A stretch of 64,000 nt of DNA from assembly GCF_009914755.1 (NCBI RefSeq), contig NC_060943.1. One strand, written 5' to 3'. The DNA comes from the human T2T-CHM13v2.0 reference genome, Homo sapiens. Below are positions 11,779-24,200 of the stretch, piece after piece. Position 1 is the stretch's first letter. Each line of letters opens with the position of its first letter. Below the pieces are notes generated by a model, which saw only the letters and a list, made by a program, of their open reading frames with translations, was not told the DNA's origin and did no database searches. The translations under genes were made by a program, and so were the position numbers.

Positions 11779-14700
11779 GAATTCTCAGTAACTTCCTTGT
11801 GTTGTGTGCATTCAACTCACAGAGTTGAACGATCCTTTACACAGAGCAGATTAGAAACACTCTTTTTGTGGAATTTGCAAGTGGACATTTCAGCCGCTTT
11901 GAGGTCAATGGTAGAAAAGGAAATATCTTCATATAAAAACTAGACAGAATGATTCTCAGAAACTCCTTCGTGATGTGTGCGTTCAACTCACAGAGTTTAA
12001 CCTTTCTTTTCATAGAGCAGTTAGGAAACACTCTGTTTGTAAAGTCTGCAACTGGATATTCAGACCTCTTTGAGGTCTTCGTTGGAAAAGGGATTTCTTC
12101 ATATTATGCTAGACAGAAGAATTCTCAGTAACTTCCTTGTGTTGTGTGCATTCAACTCACAGAGTTGAACGATCCTTTACACAGAGCAGATTAGAAACAC
12201 TCTTTTTGTGGAATTTGCAAGTGGAGATTTCAGCCGCTTTGAGGTCAATGGTAGAAAAGGAAATATCTTCGTATAAAAACTAGACAGAATGATTCTCAGA
12301 AACTACTTTGTGATGTGTCCGTTCAGCTCACAGAGTTTAACCTTTCTTTTCATAGAGTAGTTAGGAAACACTCTGTTTGTAAAGTCTGCAAGTGGATATT
12401 CAGACCTCTTTGAGGCCTTCGTTGGAAACGGGATTTCTTCATATTATGTTACACAGAAGAATTCTCAGTAACTTCCTTGTGTTGTGTGCATTCAACTCAC
12501 AGAGTTGAACGATCCTTTACATAGAGCAGATTAGAAACACACTTTTTGTGGAATTTGCAAGTGGAGATTTCAGCCGCTTTGAGGTCAACGGTAGAAAAGG
12601 AAATATCTTCGTATAAAAACTAGACAGAATGATTCTCAGAAACTCCTTTGTGATGTGTGCGTTCAACGCACCGAGTTTAACCTTTCTTTTCATAGAGCAG
12701 TTAGGAAACACTCTGTTTGTAAAGTCTGCAAGTAGATATTCAGACCTCTCTGTGGCCTTCGTTGGAAACGGGATTTCTTCATATTATGCTAGACAGAAGA
12801 ATTCTCAGTAACTTCCTTGTGTTGTGTGCATTCAACTCACAGAGTTGAACGATCCTTTACACAGAGCAGATTAGAAACACTCTTTTTGTGGAATTTGCAA
12901 GTGGACATTTCAGCCGCTTTGAGGTCAATGGTAGAAAAGGAAATATCTTCGTATAAAAACTAGACAGAATGATTCTCAGAATCTACTTTGTGATGTGTCC
13001 GTTCAGCTCACAGAGTTTAACCTTTCTTTTCATAGAGTAGTTAGGAAACACTCTGTTTGTAAAGTCTGCAAGTGGATATTCAGATCTCTTTGAGGCCTTC
13101 GTTGGAAACGGGATTTCTTCCTATTATGCTAGACAGAAGAATTCTTAGTAACTTCCTTGTGTTGTGTGCATTCAACTCACAGAGTTGAATGATCGTTTAC
13201 ACAGAGCAGATTAGAAACACTCTTTTTGTGGATTTTGCAAGTGGAGATTTCAGCCCCTTTGAGGTCAATGGTAGAAAAGGAAATATCTTCGTATAGAAAC
13301 TAGACAGAATGATTCTCAGAAACTCCTTTGTGATGTGAGCGTTCAACTCACAGAGTTTAACCTTTCTTTTCATAGAGCAGTTAGGAAACACTCTGTTTGT
13401 AAAGTCTGCAAGTGGATATTCAGACCTCTTTGAGGCCTTCTTTGGAAACGGGATTTATTCATATTATGCTAGACAGAAGAATTCTCAGTAACTTCCTTGT
13501 GTTTTGTGCATTCAACTGACAGAGTTGAATGATCGTTTACACAGAGCAGATTAGAAACACTCTTTTTGTGGAATTTGCAAGTGGACATTTCAGCCGCTTT
13601 GAGGTCAATGGTAGAAAAGGAAATATCTTCGTATAAAAACTAGACAGAATGATTCTCAGAAACTCCTTTGTGATGTGTGCGTTCAACTCACAGAGTTTAA
13701 CCTTTCTTTTCATAGAGTAGTTAGGAAACACTCTGTTTGTAAAGTCTGCAACTGGATATTCAGATCTCTTTGAGGCCCTCGTTGGAAACGGGATTTCTTC
13801 ATATTATGCTAGACAGAAGAATTCTCAGTAACTTCCTTGTGTTGTGTGCATTCAACTCACAGAGTTGAACGATCCTTTACACAGAGCAGATTAGAAACAC
13901 TCTTTTTGTGGAATTTGCAAGTGGACATTTCAGCCGCTTTGAGGTCAATGGTAGAAAAGGAAATATCTTCATATAAAAACTAGACAGAATGATTCTCAGA
14001 AACTCCTTTGTGATGTGTGCGTTCAACTCACAGAGTTTAACCTTTCTTTTCATAGAGCAGTTAGGAAACACTCTGTTTGTAAAGTCTGCAACTGGATATT
14101 CAGACCTCTTTGAGGTCTTCGTTGGAAACGGGATTTCTTCATATTATGCTAGACAGAAGAATTCTCAGTAACTTCCTTGTGTTGTGTGCATTCAACTCAC
14201 AGAGTTGAACGATCCTTTACACAGAGCAGATTAGAAACACTCTTTTTGTGGAATTTGCAAGTGGAGATTTCAGCCGCTTTGAGGTCAATGGTAGAAAAGG
14301 AAATATCTTCGTATAAAAACTAGACAGAATGATTCTCAGAAACTACTTTGTGATGTGTCCGTTCAGCTCACAGAGTTTAACCTTTCTTTTCATAGAGTAG
14401 TTAGGAAACACTCTGTTTGTAAAGTCTGCAAGTGGATATTCAGACCTCTTTGAGGCCTTCGTTGGAAACGGGATTTCTTCATATTATGCTAGACAGAAGA
14501 ATTCTCAGTAACTTCCTTGTGTTGTGTGCATTCAACTCACAGAGTTGAACGATCCTTTACATAGAGCAGATTAGAAACACACTTTTTGTGGAATTTGCAA
14601 GTGGAGATTTCAGCCGCATTGAGGTCAACGGTAGAAAAGGAAATATCTTCGTATAAAAACTAGACAGAATGATTCTCAGAAACTCCTTTGTGATGTGTGC

Positions 14701-17700
14701 GTTCAACTCACCGAGTTTAACCTTTCTTTTCATAGAGCAGTTAGGAAACACTCTGTTTGTAAAGTCTGCAAGTAGATATTCAGACCTCTCTGTGGCCTTC
14801 GTTGGAAACGGGATTTCTTCATATTATGCTAGACAGAAGAATTCTCAGTAACTTCCTTGTGTTGTGTGCATTCAACTCACAGAGTTGAACGATCCTTTAC
14901 ACAGAGCAGATTAGAAACACTCTTTTTGTGGAATTTGCAAGTGGAGATTTCAGCCGCTTTGAGGTCAATGGAAGAAAAAGGAAATATCTTCGTATAAAAA
15001 CTAGACAGAATGATTCTCAGAATCTACTTTGTGATGTGTCCGTTCAGCTCACAGAGTTTAACCTTTCTTTTCATAGAGTAGTTAGGAAACACTCTGTTTG
15101 TAAAGTCTGCAAGTGGATATTCAGATCTCTTTGAGGCCTTCGTTGGAAACGGGATTTCTTCCTATTATGCTAGACAGAAGAATTCTCAGTAACTTCCTTG
15201 TGTTGTGTGCATTCAACTCACAGAGTTGAATGATCGTTTACACAGAGCAGATTAGAAACACTCTTTTTGTGGATTTTGCAAGTGGAGATTTCAGCCCCTT
15301 TGAGGTCAATGGTAGAAAAGGAAATATCTTCGTATAGAAACTAGACAGAATGATTCTCAGAAACTCCTTTGTGATGTGAGCGTTCAACTCACAGAGTTTA
15401 ACCTTTCTTTTCATAGAGCAGTTAGGAATCACTCTGTTTGTAAAGTCTGCAAGTGGATATTCAGACCTCTTTGAGGCCTTCGTTGGAAACGGGATTTATT
15501 CATATTATGCTAGACAGAAGAATTCTCAGTAACTTCCTTGTGTTTTGTGCATTCAACTGACAGAGTTGAATGATCGTTTACACAGAGCAGATTAGAAACA
15601 CTCTTTTTGTGGAATTTGCAAGTGGAGATTTCAGTCGCTTTGAGGTCAATGGTAGAAAAGGAAATATCTTCGTATAAAAACTAGACAGAATGATTGTCAG
15701 AAACTCCTTTGTGATGTGTGCGTTCAACTCACAGAGTTTAACCTTTCTTTTCATAGAGTAGTTAGGAAACACTCTGTTTGTAAAGTCTGCAAGTGGATAT
15801 TCAGACCTCTTTGAGGCCTTCGTTGGAAACGGGATTTCTTCATATTATGCTAGACAGAAGAATTCTCAGTAACTTCCTTGTGTTGTGTGCATTCAACTCA
15901 CAGAGTTGAACGATCCTTTACGCAGAGCAGATTAGAAACACTCTTTTTGTGGAATTTGCAAGTGGACATTTCAGCCGCTTTGAGGTCAATGGTAGAAAAG
16001 GAAATATCTTCGTATAAAAACTAGACAGAATGATTCTCAGAAACTCCTTTGTGATGTGTGCGTTCAACTCACAGAGTTTAACCTTTCTTTTCATAGAGTA
16101 GTTAGGAAACACTCTGTTTGTAAAGTCTGCAACTGGATATTCAGATCTCTTTGAGGCCCTCGTTGGAAACGGGATTTCTTCATATTATGCTAGACAGAAG
16201 AATTCTCAGTAACTTCCTTGTGTTGTGTGCATTCAACTCACAGAGTTGAACGATCCTTTACACAGAGCAGATTAGAAACACTCTTTTTGTGGAATTTGCA
16301 AGTGGACATTTCAGCCGCTTTGAGGTCAATGGTAGAAAAGGAAATATCTTCATATAAAAACTAGACAGAATGATTCTCAGAAACTCCTTTGTGATGTGTG
16401 CGTTCAACTCACAGAGTTTAACCTTTCTTTTCATAGAGCAGTTAGGAAACACTCTGTTTGTAAAGTCTGCAACTGGATATTCAGACCTCTTTGAGGTCTT
16501 CGTTGGAAACGGGATTTCTTCATATTATGCTAGACAGAAGAATTCTCAGTAACTTCCTTGTGTTGTGTGCATTCAACTCACAGAGTTGAACGATCCTTTA
16601 CACAGAGCAGATTAGAAACACTCTTTTTGTGGAATTTGCAAATGGAGATTTCAGCCGCTTTGAGGTCAATGGTAGAAAAGGAAATATCTTCGTATAAAAA
16701 CTAGACAGAATGATTCTCAGAAACTACTTTGTGATGTGTCCGTTCAGCTCACAGAGTTTAACCTTTCTTTTCATAGAGTAGTTAGGAAACACTCTGTTTG
16801 TAAAGTCTGCAAGTGGATATTCAGACCTCTTTGAGGCCTTCGTTGGAAACGGGATTTCTTCATATTATGCTAGACAGAAGAATTCTCAGTAACTTCCTTG
16901 TGTTGTGTGCATTCAACTCACAGAGTTGAACGATCCTTTACTTAGAGCAGATTAGAAACACACTTTTTGTGGAATTTGCAAGTGGAGATTTCAGCCGCTT
17001 TGAGGTCAACGGTAGAAAAGGAAATATCTACGTATAAAAACTAGACAGAATGATTCTCAGAAACTCCTTTGTGATGTGTGCGTTCAACTCACCGAGTTTA
17101 ACCTTTCTTTTCATAGAGCAGTTAGGAAACACTCTGTTTGTAAAGTCTGCAAGTAGATATTCAGACCTCTCTGTGGCCTTCGTTGGAAACGGGATTTCTT
17201 CATATTATGCTAGACAGAAGAATTCTCAGTAACTTCCTTGTGTTGTGTGCATTCAACTCACAGAGTTGAACGATCCTTTACACAGAGCAGATTAGAAACA
17301 CTCTTTTTGTGGAATTTGCAAGTGGAGATTTCAGCCGCTTTGAGGTCAATGGTAGAAAAGGAAATATCTTCGTATAAAAACTAGACAGAATGATTCTCAG
17401 AATCTACTTTGTGATGTGTCCGTTCAGCTCACAGAGTTTAACCTTTCTTTTCATAGAGTAGTTAGGAAACACTCTGTTTGTAAAGTCTGCAAGTGGATAT
17501 TCAGATCTCTTTGAGGCCTTCGTTGGAAACGGGATTTCTTCCTATTATGCTAGACAGAAGAATTCTCAGTAACTTCCTTGTGTTGTGTGCATTCAACTCA
17601 CAGAGTTGAATGATCGTTTACACAGAGCAGATTAGAAACACTCTTTTTGTGGATTTTGCAAGTGGAGATTTCAGCCCCTTTGAGGTCAATGGTAGAAAAG

Positions 17701-18400
17701 GAAATATCTTCGTATAGAAACTAGACAGAATGATTCTCAGAAACTCCTTTGTGATGTGAGCGTTCAACTCACAGAGTTTAACCTTTCTTTTCATAGAGCA
17801 GTTAGGAAACACTCTGTTTGTAAAGTCTGCAAGTGGATATTCAGACCTCTTTGAGGCCTTCGTTGGAAACGGGATTTATTCATATTATGCTAGACAGAAG
17901 AATTCTCAGTAACTTCCTTGTGTTTTGTGCATTCAACTGACAGAGTTGAATGATCGTTTACACAGAGCAGATTAGAAACACTCTTTTTGTGGAATTTGCA
18001 AGTGGAGATTTCAGCCGCTTTGAGGTCAATGGTAGAAAAGGAAATATCTTCGTATAAAAACTAGACAGAATGATTGTCAGAATCTCCTTTGTGATGTGTG
18101 CGTTCAACTCACAGAGTTTAACCTTTCTTTTCATAGAGTAGTTAGGAAACACTCTGTTTGTAAAGTCTGCAAGTGGATATTCAGACCTCTTTGAGGCCTT
18201 CGTTGGAAACGGGATTTCTTCATATTATGCTAGACAGAAGAATTCTCAGTAACTTCCTTGGGTTGTGTGCATTCAACTCACAGAGTTGAACGATCCTTTA
18301 CGCAGAGCAGATTAGAAACACTCTTTTTGTGGAATTTGCAAGTGGACATTTCAGCCGCTTTGAGGTCAATGGTAGAAAAGGAAATATCTTCGTATAGAAA
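11779..18400 (+). repeat. Sub-block of one 12-mer (2040 bp) and two 14-mers (~2380 bp)
   Basis: Marker GAGGCCCTCG at ~11732, ~13772 and ~16153. ATCTTCATAT at ~11924, ~13964 and ~16345. ORF offsets 11837/13877/16258 and 13197/15238/17618. Confidence 0.85.
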
Positions 18401-19599
18401 CTAGACAGAATGATTCTCAGAAACTCCTTTGTGATGTGTGCGTTCAACTCACAGAGTTTAACCTTTTTTTTCATAGAGCAGTTAGGAAACACTCTGTTTG
18501 TAAAGTCTGCAAGTGGATATTCAGACCTCTTTGAGGCCTTCGTTGGAAACGGGATTTCTTCATATTATGCTAGACAGAAGAATTCTCAGTAACTTCCTTG
18601 TGTTGTGTGCATTCAACTCACAGAGTTGAACGATCCTTTACACAGAGCAGATTAGAAACACACTTTTTGTGGAATTTGCAATTGGAGATTTCAGCCGCTT
18701 TGAGGTCAATGGTAGAAAAGGAAATATCTTCGTATAAAAACTAGACAGAATGATTCTCAGAAACTCCTTTGTGATGTGTGCGTTCAACTCACAGAGTTTA
18801 ACCTTTCTTTTCATAGAGTAGTTAGGAAAGACTCTGTTTGTTAAGTCTGCAAGTGGATATTCAGACCTCTTTGAGGCCTTCGTTGGAAACCGGATTTCTT
18901 CATATTATGCTAGACAGAAGTATTGTCAGTAACTTCCTTGTGTTGTGTGCATTCAACTCACAGAGTTGAACGATCCTTTACACAGAGCAGATTAGAAACA
19001 CTCTTTTTGTGGAATTTGCAAGTGGAGATTTCAGCCGCTTTGAGGTCAATGGTAGAAAAGGAAATATCTTCGTATAAAAACTAGACAGAATGATTCTCAG
19101 AAACTCCTTTGTGATGTGTGCGTTCAACTCACAGAGTTTAACCTTTCTTTTCATACAGTAGTTAGGAAACACTCTGTTTGTAAAGTCTGCAAGTGGATAT
19201 TCAGACCTCTTTGAGGCCTTCGTTGGAAACGGGATTTCTTCATATTATGCTAGACAGAAGAATTCTCAGTAACTTCCTTGTGTTGTGTGCATTCAACTCA
19301 CAGAGTTGAACGATCCTTTACACAGAGCAGATTAGAAACACTCTTTTTGTGGAATTTGCAAGTGGACATTTCAGCCGCTTGGAGGTCAATGGTAGAAAAG
19401 GAAATATCTTCGTATAAAAACTAGACAGAATGATTCTCAGAAACTCCTTTGTGATGTGTGCGTTCAACTCACAGAGTTTAACCTTTCTTTTCATAGAGTA
19501 GTTAGGAAACACTCTGCTTGTAAAGTCTGCAAGTGGATATTCAGACCTCTTTGAGGCCTTCGTTGGAAACGGGATTTCTTCATATTATGCTAGACAGAA

Positions 19600-21298
19600 G
19601 AATTCTCAGTAACTTCCTTGGGTTGTGTGTATTCAACTGACAGAGTTGAAATTTCATTTAGAGAGAGCAGATTTGTAACACTGTTTTTGTGGAATTTGCA
19701 AGTGGAGATTTCAAGCGCTTTGGGCCCAAAGGCAGAAAAGGAAATATCTTCGTATAAAAACTACACAGAATCATTCTCAGAAAATGCTCTGTGATGTGTG
19801 CGTTCAACTCTCAGAGTTTAACTTTTCTTTCCATTTAGCATTTTGGAAACACTCTGTTTGTAAAGTCTGCACATGGATATTTTGACCACTTAGAGGCCTT
19901 CGTTGGAAATGGGTTTTTCTCATGTAAGGCTAGACAGAAGAATTCCCAGTAATTTCCTTGTGTTGTGTGGATTCAACTCACAGAGTTGAACGATACTTTA
20001 AACAGAGCAGATTAGAAACACTCTTTTTGTGGAATTTGCAAGTGGAGATTTCAGCCGCTTTGAGGTCAATGGTAGAAAAGGGAATATCTTCGTATAAAAA
20101 CTAGACAGAATGATTCTCAGAAACTCCTTTGTGATGTGTGCGCTCAACTCACAGAGTTTAACCTTTCTTTTCATAGAGTAGTTAGGAAACACTCTGTTTG
20201 TAAAGTCTGCACGTGGGTAATTTGACCTCTTTGGGGCTTTCGTTCGAAAAGAGTTTTTTTCTTGTAAGGCTAGACAAAGAATTCTCAGTAACTTCCTTGT
20301 GTTGGGTGTATTCAACTGACAAAGTTGAACTTTCCTTTAGACAGATCAGATTTGAAACACTGTTTTTGTGGAATTTGCAAGGTGAGATTTCAACCGCTTT
20401 GAGGCCAAAGGCAGAAAAGGAAATATCTTCCTTTAAAAACTAGACAGAATCATTCTCAGAAACTGCTCTGTGATGTGTGCGTTCAACTCTCAGAGTTTAA
20501 CTTTTCTGTTCATTCAGCAGTTTGTAAACACTCTGTTTGTAAAGTCTCCACGTGGATATTTTGACCACTTAGAGGCCTTCGTTGGAAACGGGTTTTTTTC
20601 ATGTAAGGCTAGACAGAAGAGTTCCGAGTAACTTCCTTGTCTTGTGTGCATTCAACTCACAGAGTTTAACGTTCCCTTAGACAGAGCAGATTTGAAACAC
20701 TCTTTTTGTGCAATTTGCAAGTGGAGATTTCAAGCGATTTAGGGTCAATGGCAGAAAAGGAAATATCTTCGTTTCAAAAGTAGACAGAATCATTCCCACA
20801 AACTGCGTTGTGATGTGTGCGTTCAACTCACAGAGTTTAACCTTTCTTTTCATAGAGCAGTTAGGAAACACTCTGTTTGTAAAGTCTGCACGTGGATATT
20901 TGGACTTCTTTGAGGCCTTCGTTGGAAACGGGTTTTTTTCATGTAAGGCTAGACAGAAGAATTCTCAGTAACTTCCTTGTGTTGTGTGTATTCAACTGAC
21001 AGAGTTGAACTTTCATTTAGAGAGAGCAGATTTGTAACACTGTTTTTGTGGAATTTGCAAGTGGAGATTTCAAGCGCTTTGGGGCCAAAGGTAGAAAAGG
21101 AAATATCTTCGTATAAAAACTAGACAGAATCATTCTCAGAAACTGCTCTGTGATGTGTGCGTTCAACTCTCAGAGTTTAACATTTCTTTTCATTCAGCAG
21201 TTTGGAAACACTCTGTTTGTAAAGTCTGCACGTGGATATTTTGACCACTTAGAGGCCTTCGTTGGAAACGGGTTTTTTTCATGTAAGGCTAGACAGAA
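19600..21298 (+). repeat. Junction zone between the two layers, with mixed and diverged dimers
   Basis: First Y-type dimer (ACTGACAGAGTTGAAATTTCATTTAGAGAG) at ~19636. Last layer-1 markers (GCAGATTAG ~20007, GAGTAGTTAGG ~20176) come after it. A dense substitution cluster lies at ~20210-20435. Confidence 0.8.
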
Positions 21299-24200
21299 GA
21301 ATTCCCAGTAATTTCCTTGTATTGTGTGCATTCAACTCACAGAGTTGAACGTTCCCTTAGACAGAGCAGATTTGAAACACTCTATTTGTGCAATTTGCAA
21401 GTGTAGATTTCAAGCGCTTTAAGGTCAATGGCAGAAAAGGAAATATCTTCGTTTCAAAACTAGACAGAATCATTCCCACAAACTGCATTGTGATGTGTTA
21501 GTTCAACTCACAGAGTTTAACCGTTCTGTTCATAGAGCAGTTAGGAAACACTCTGTTTGTAAAGTCTGAAAGTGGATATTCAGACCTCTTTGAGGCCTTC
21601 GTTGGAAACGGGATTTCTTCATATTCTGCTAGACCGAAGAATTCTCAGTAACTTCCTTGTGTTGTGTGTATTCAACTCACAGAGTTGAACGATCCTTTAC
21701 ACAGAGCAGACTTGAAACACTCTATTTGTGGAATTTGCAAGTGGAGATTTCAGCCGCTTTGAGGTCAATGGTAGAAAAGGAAATATCTTCGTATAAAAAC
21801 TAGACAGAATGATTCTCAGAAACTCCTTTGTGATGTGTGCGTTCAACTCACAGAGTTTAACCTTTCTTTTCATAGAGCAGTTAGGAAACACTCTGTTTGT
21901 AAAGTCTGCAAGTGGATTCTCAGTCCTCTTTGAGGTCTTCTTTGGAAACGGCATTTCTTCATATTATGCTAGACAGAAGAATTCTCAGTAACTTCCTTGT
22001 GTTGTGTGTATGCAACTCACAGAGTTGAACGATCCTTTACACAGAGCAGACTTGAAACACTCTTTTTGTGGAATTTGCAAGTGGAGATTTCAGCCGCTTT
22101 GAGGTCAATGGTAGAATAGGAAATATCTTCCTATAGAAACTAGACAGAATGATTCTCAGAAACTCCTTTGTGAAGTGTGCGTTCAACTCAGAGTTTAACC
22201 TTTCTTTTCATAGAGCAGTAAGGAAACACTCTGTTTGTAAAGTCTGCAAGTGGATATTCAGACATCTTTGAGGCTGTCTTTGGAAACGGGATTTCTTCAT
22301 ATTCTGCTAGACAGAAGATTTCTCAGAAACTTCCTTGTGTTGTGTGTTTTCAACTCACAGAGTTGAACGATCCTTTACACAGAGCAGACTTGAAACACTC
22401 TTTTTGTGGAATTTGCAAGTGGAGATTTCAGCCGCTTTGAGGTCAATTGTAGAAAAGGAAATATCTTCGTATAAAAACTAGACAGAATGATTCTCAGAAA
22501 CTCCTTTGTGATGTGTGCATTCAACTCACAGAGTTTAACCTTTCTTTTCATAGAGCAGTTAGGAAACACTCTGTTTGTAAAGTCTGCAAGTGGATATTCA
22601 GACCTCTTTGATGCCTTCGTTGGAAACGGGATTTCTTCATATTCTGCTAGACAGAAGAATTCTCAGTAACTTCCTTGTGTTGTGTGTATTCAACTCACAG
22701 AGTTGAACGATCCTTTACACAGAGCCGACTTGAAACACTCTTTTTGTGGAATTTGCAAGTGGAGATTTCAGCCGCTTTGAGGTCAATGGTGGAAAAGGAA
22801 ATATCTTCGTACAAAAACTAGACAGAATGATTCTCAGAAACTCCTTTGTGATGTGTGCATTCAACTCACAGAGTTTAACCTTTCTTTTCATAGAGCAGTT
22901 AGGAAACACTCTGTTTGTAAAGGCTGCACGTGGATATTTGGACTTCTTTGAGGCCTTCGTTGGAAACGGGTTTTTTTCATATAAGGCTAGACAGAAGAAT
23001 TCTCAGTAACTTCCTTGTGTTGTGTGTATTCAACTGACAGAGTTGAACTTTCATTTAGAGAGAGCAGATTTATAACACTGTTTTTGTGGAATTTGCAAGT
23101 GGAGATTTCAAGCGCTTTGGGGCCAAAGGCAGAAAAGGAAATATCTTCGTATAAAAACTAGACAGAATCATTCTCAGAAACTGCTCTGTGATGTGTGCGT
23201 TCAACTCTCAGAGTTTAACTTTTCTTTTCATTCAGCAGTTTGGAAACACTCTGTTTGTAAAGTCTGCACGTGGATATTTTGACCACTTAGAGGCCTTCGT
23301 TGGAAACGGGTTTTTTTCATGTAAGGCTAGACAGAAGAATTCCCAGTAATTTCCTTGTATTGTGTGCATTCAACTCACAGAGTTGAACGTTCCCTTAGAC
23401 AGAGCAGATTTGAAACACTCTATTTGTGCAATTTGCAAGTGTAGATTTCAAGCGCTTTAAGGTCAATGGCAGAAAAGGAAATATCTTCGTTTCAAAACTA
23501 GACAGAATCATTCCCACAAACTGCATTGTGATGTGTTCGTTCAACTCACAGAGTTTAACCTTTCTGTTCATAGAGCAGTTAGGAAACACTCTGTTTGTAA
23601 AGTCTGCAAGTGGATATTCAGACCTCTTTGAGGCCTTCGTTGGAAACGGGATTTCTTCATATTCTGCTAGACAGAAGAATTCTCAGTAACTTCCTTGTGT
23701 TGTGTGTATTCAACTCACAGAGTTGAACGATCCTTTACACAGACTAGACTTGAAACACTCTTTTTGTGGAATTTGCAAGTGGAGATTTCAGCCGCTTTGA
23801 GGTCAATGGTAGAAAAGGAAATATCTTCGTATAAAAACTAGACAGAATGATTCTCAGAAACTCCTTTGTGATGTGTGCGTTCAACTCACAGAGTTTAACC
23901 TTTCTTTTCATAGAGCAATTAGGAAACACTCTGTTTGTAAAGTCTGCAAGTGGATACTCAGACCTCTTTGAGGCCTTCTTTGGAAACGGCATTTCTTCAT
24001 ATTATGCTAGACAGAAGAATTCTCAGTAACTTCCTTGTGTTGTGTGTATGCAACTCACAGAGTTGAACGATCCTTTACACAGAGCAGACTTGAAACACTC
24101 TTTTTGTGGAATTTGCAAGTGGAGATTTCGGCCGCTTTGAGGTCAATGGTAGAATAGGAAATATCTTCCTATAGAAACTAGACAGAATGATTCTCAGAAA

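Larger units (their letters stand above)
1..19599 (+). repeat. Layer 1: homogeneous pure-dimer alpha-satellite sub-array (~58 dimers)
   Basis: Only one dimer class. Diagnostic variants GTGCATTC, GCAGATTAGAAAC, mostly AGAGTAGTTAGG, and CATATTATGC. Lacks the Y/Z dimers and the AATAGG...CCTATAG variant seen downstream. Confidence 0.9.
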
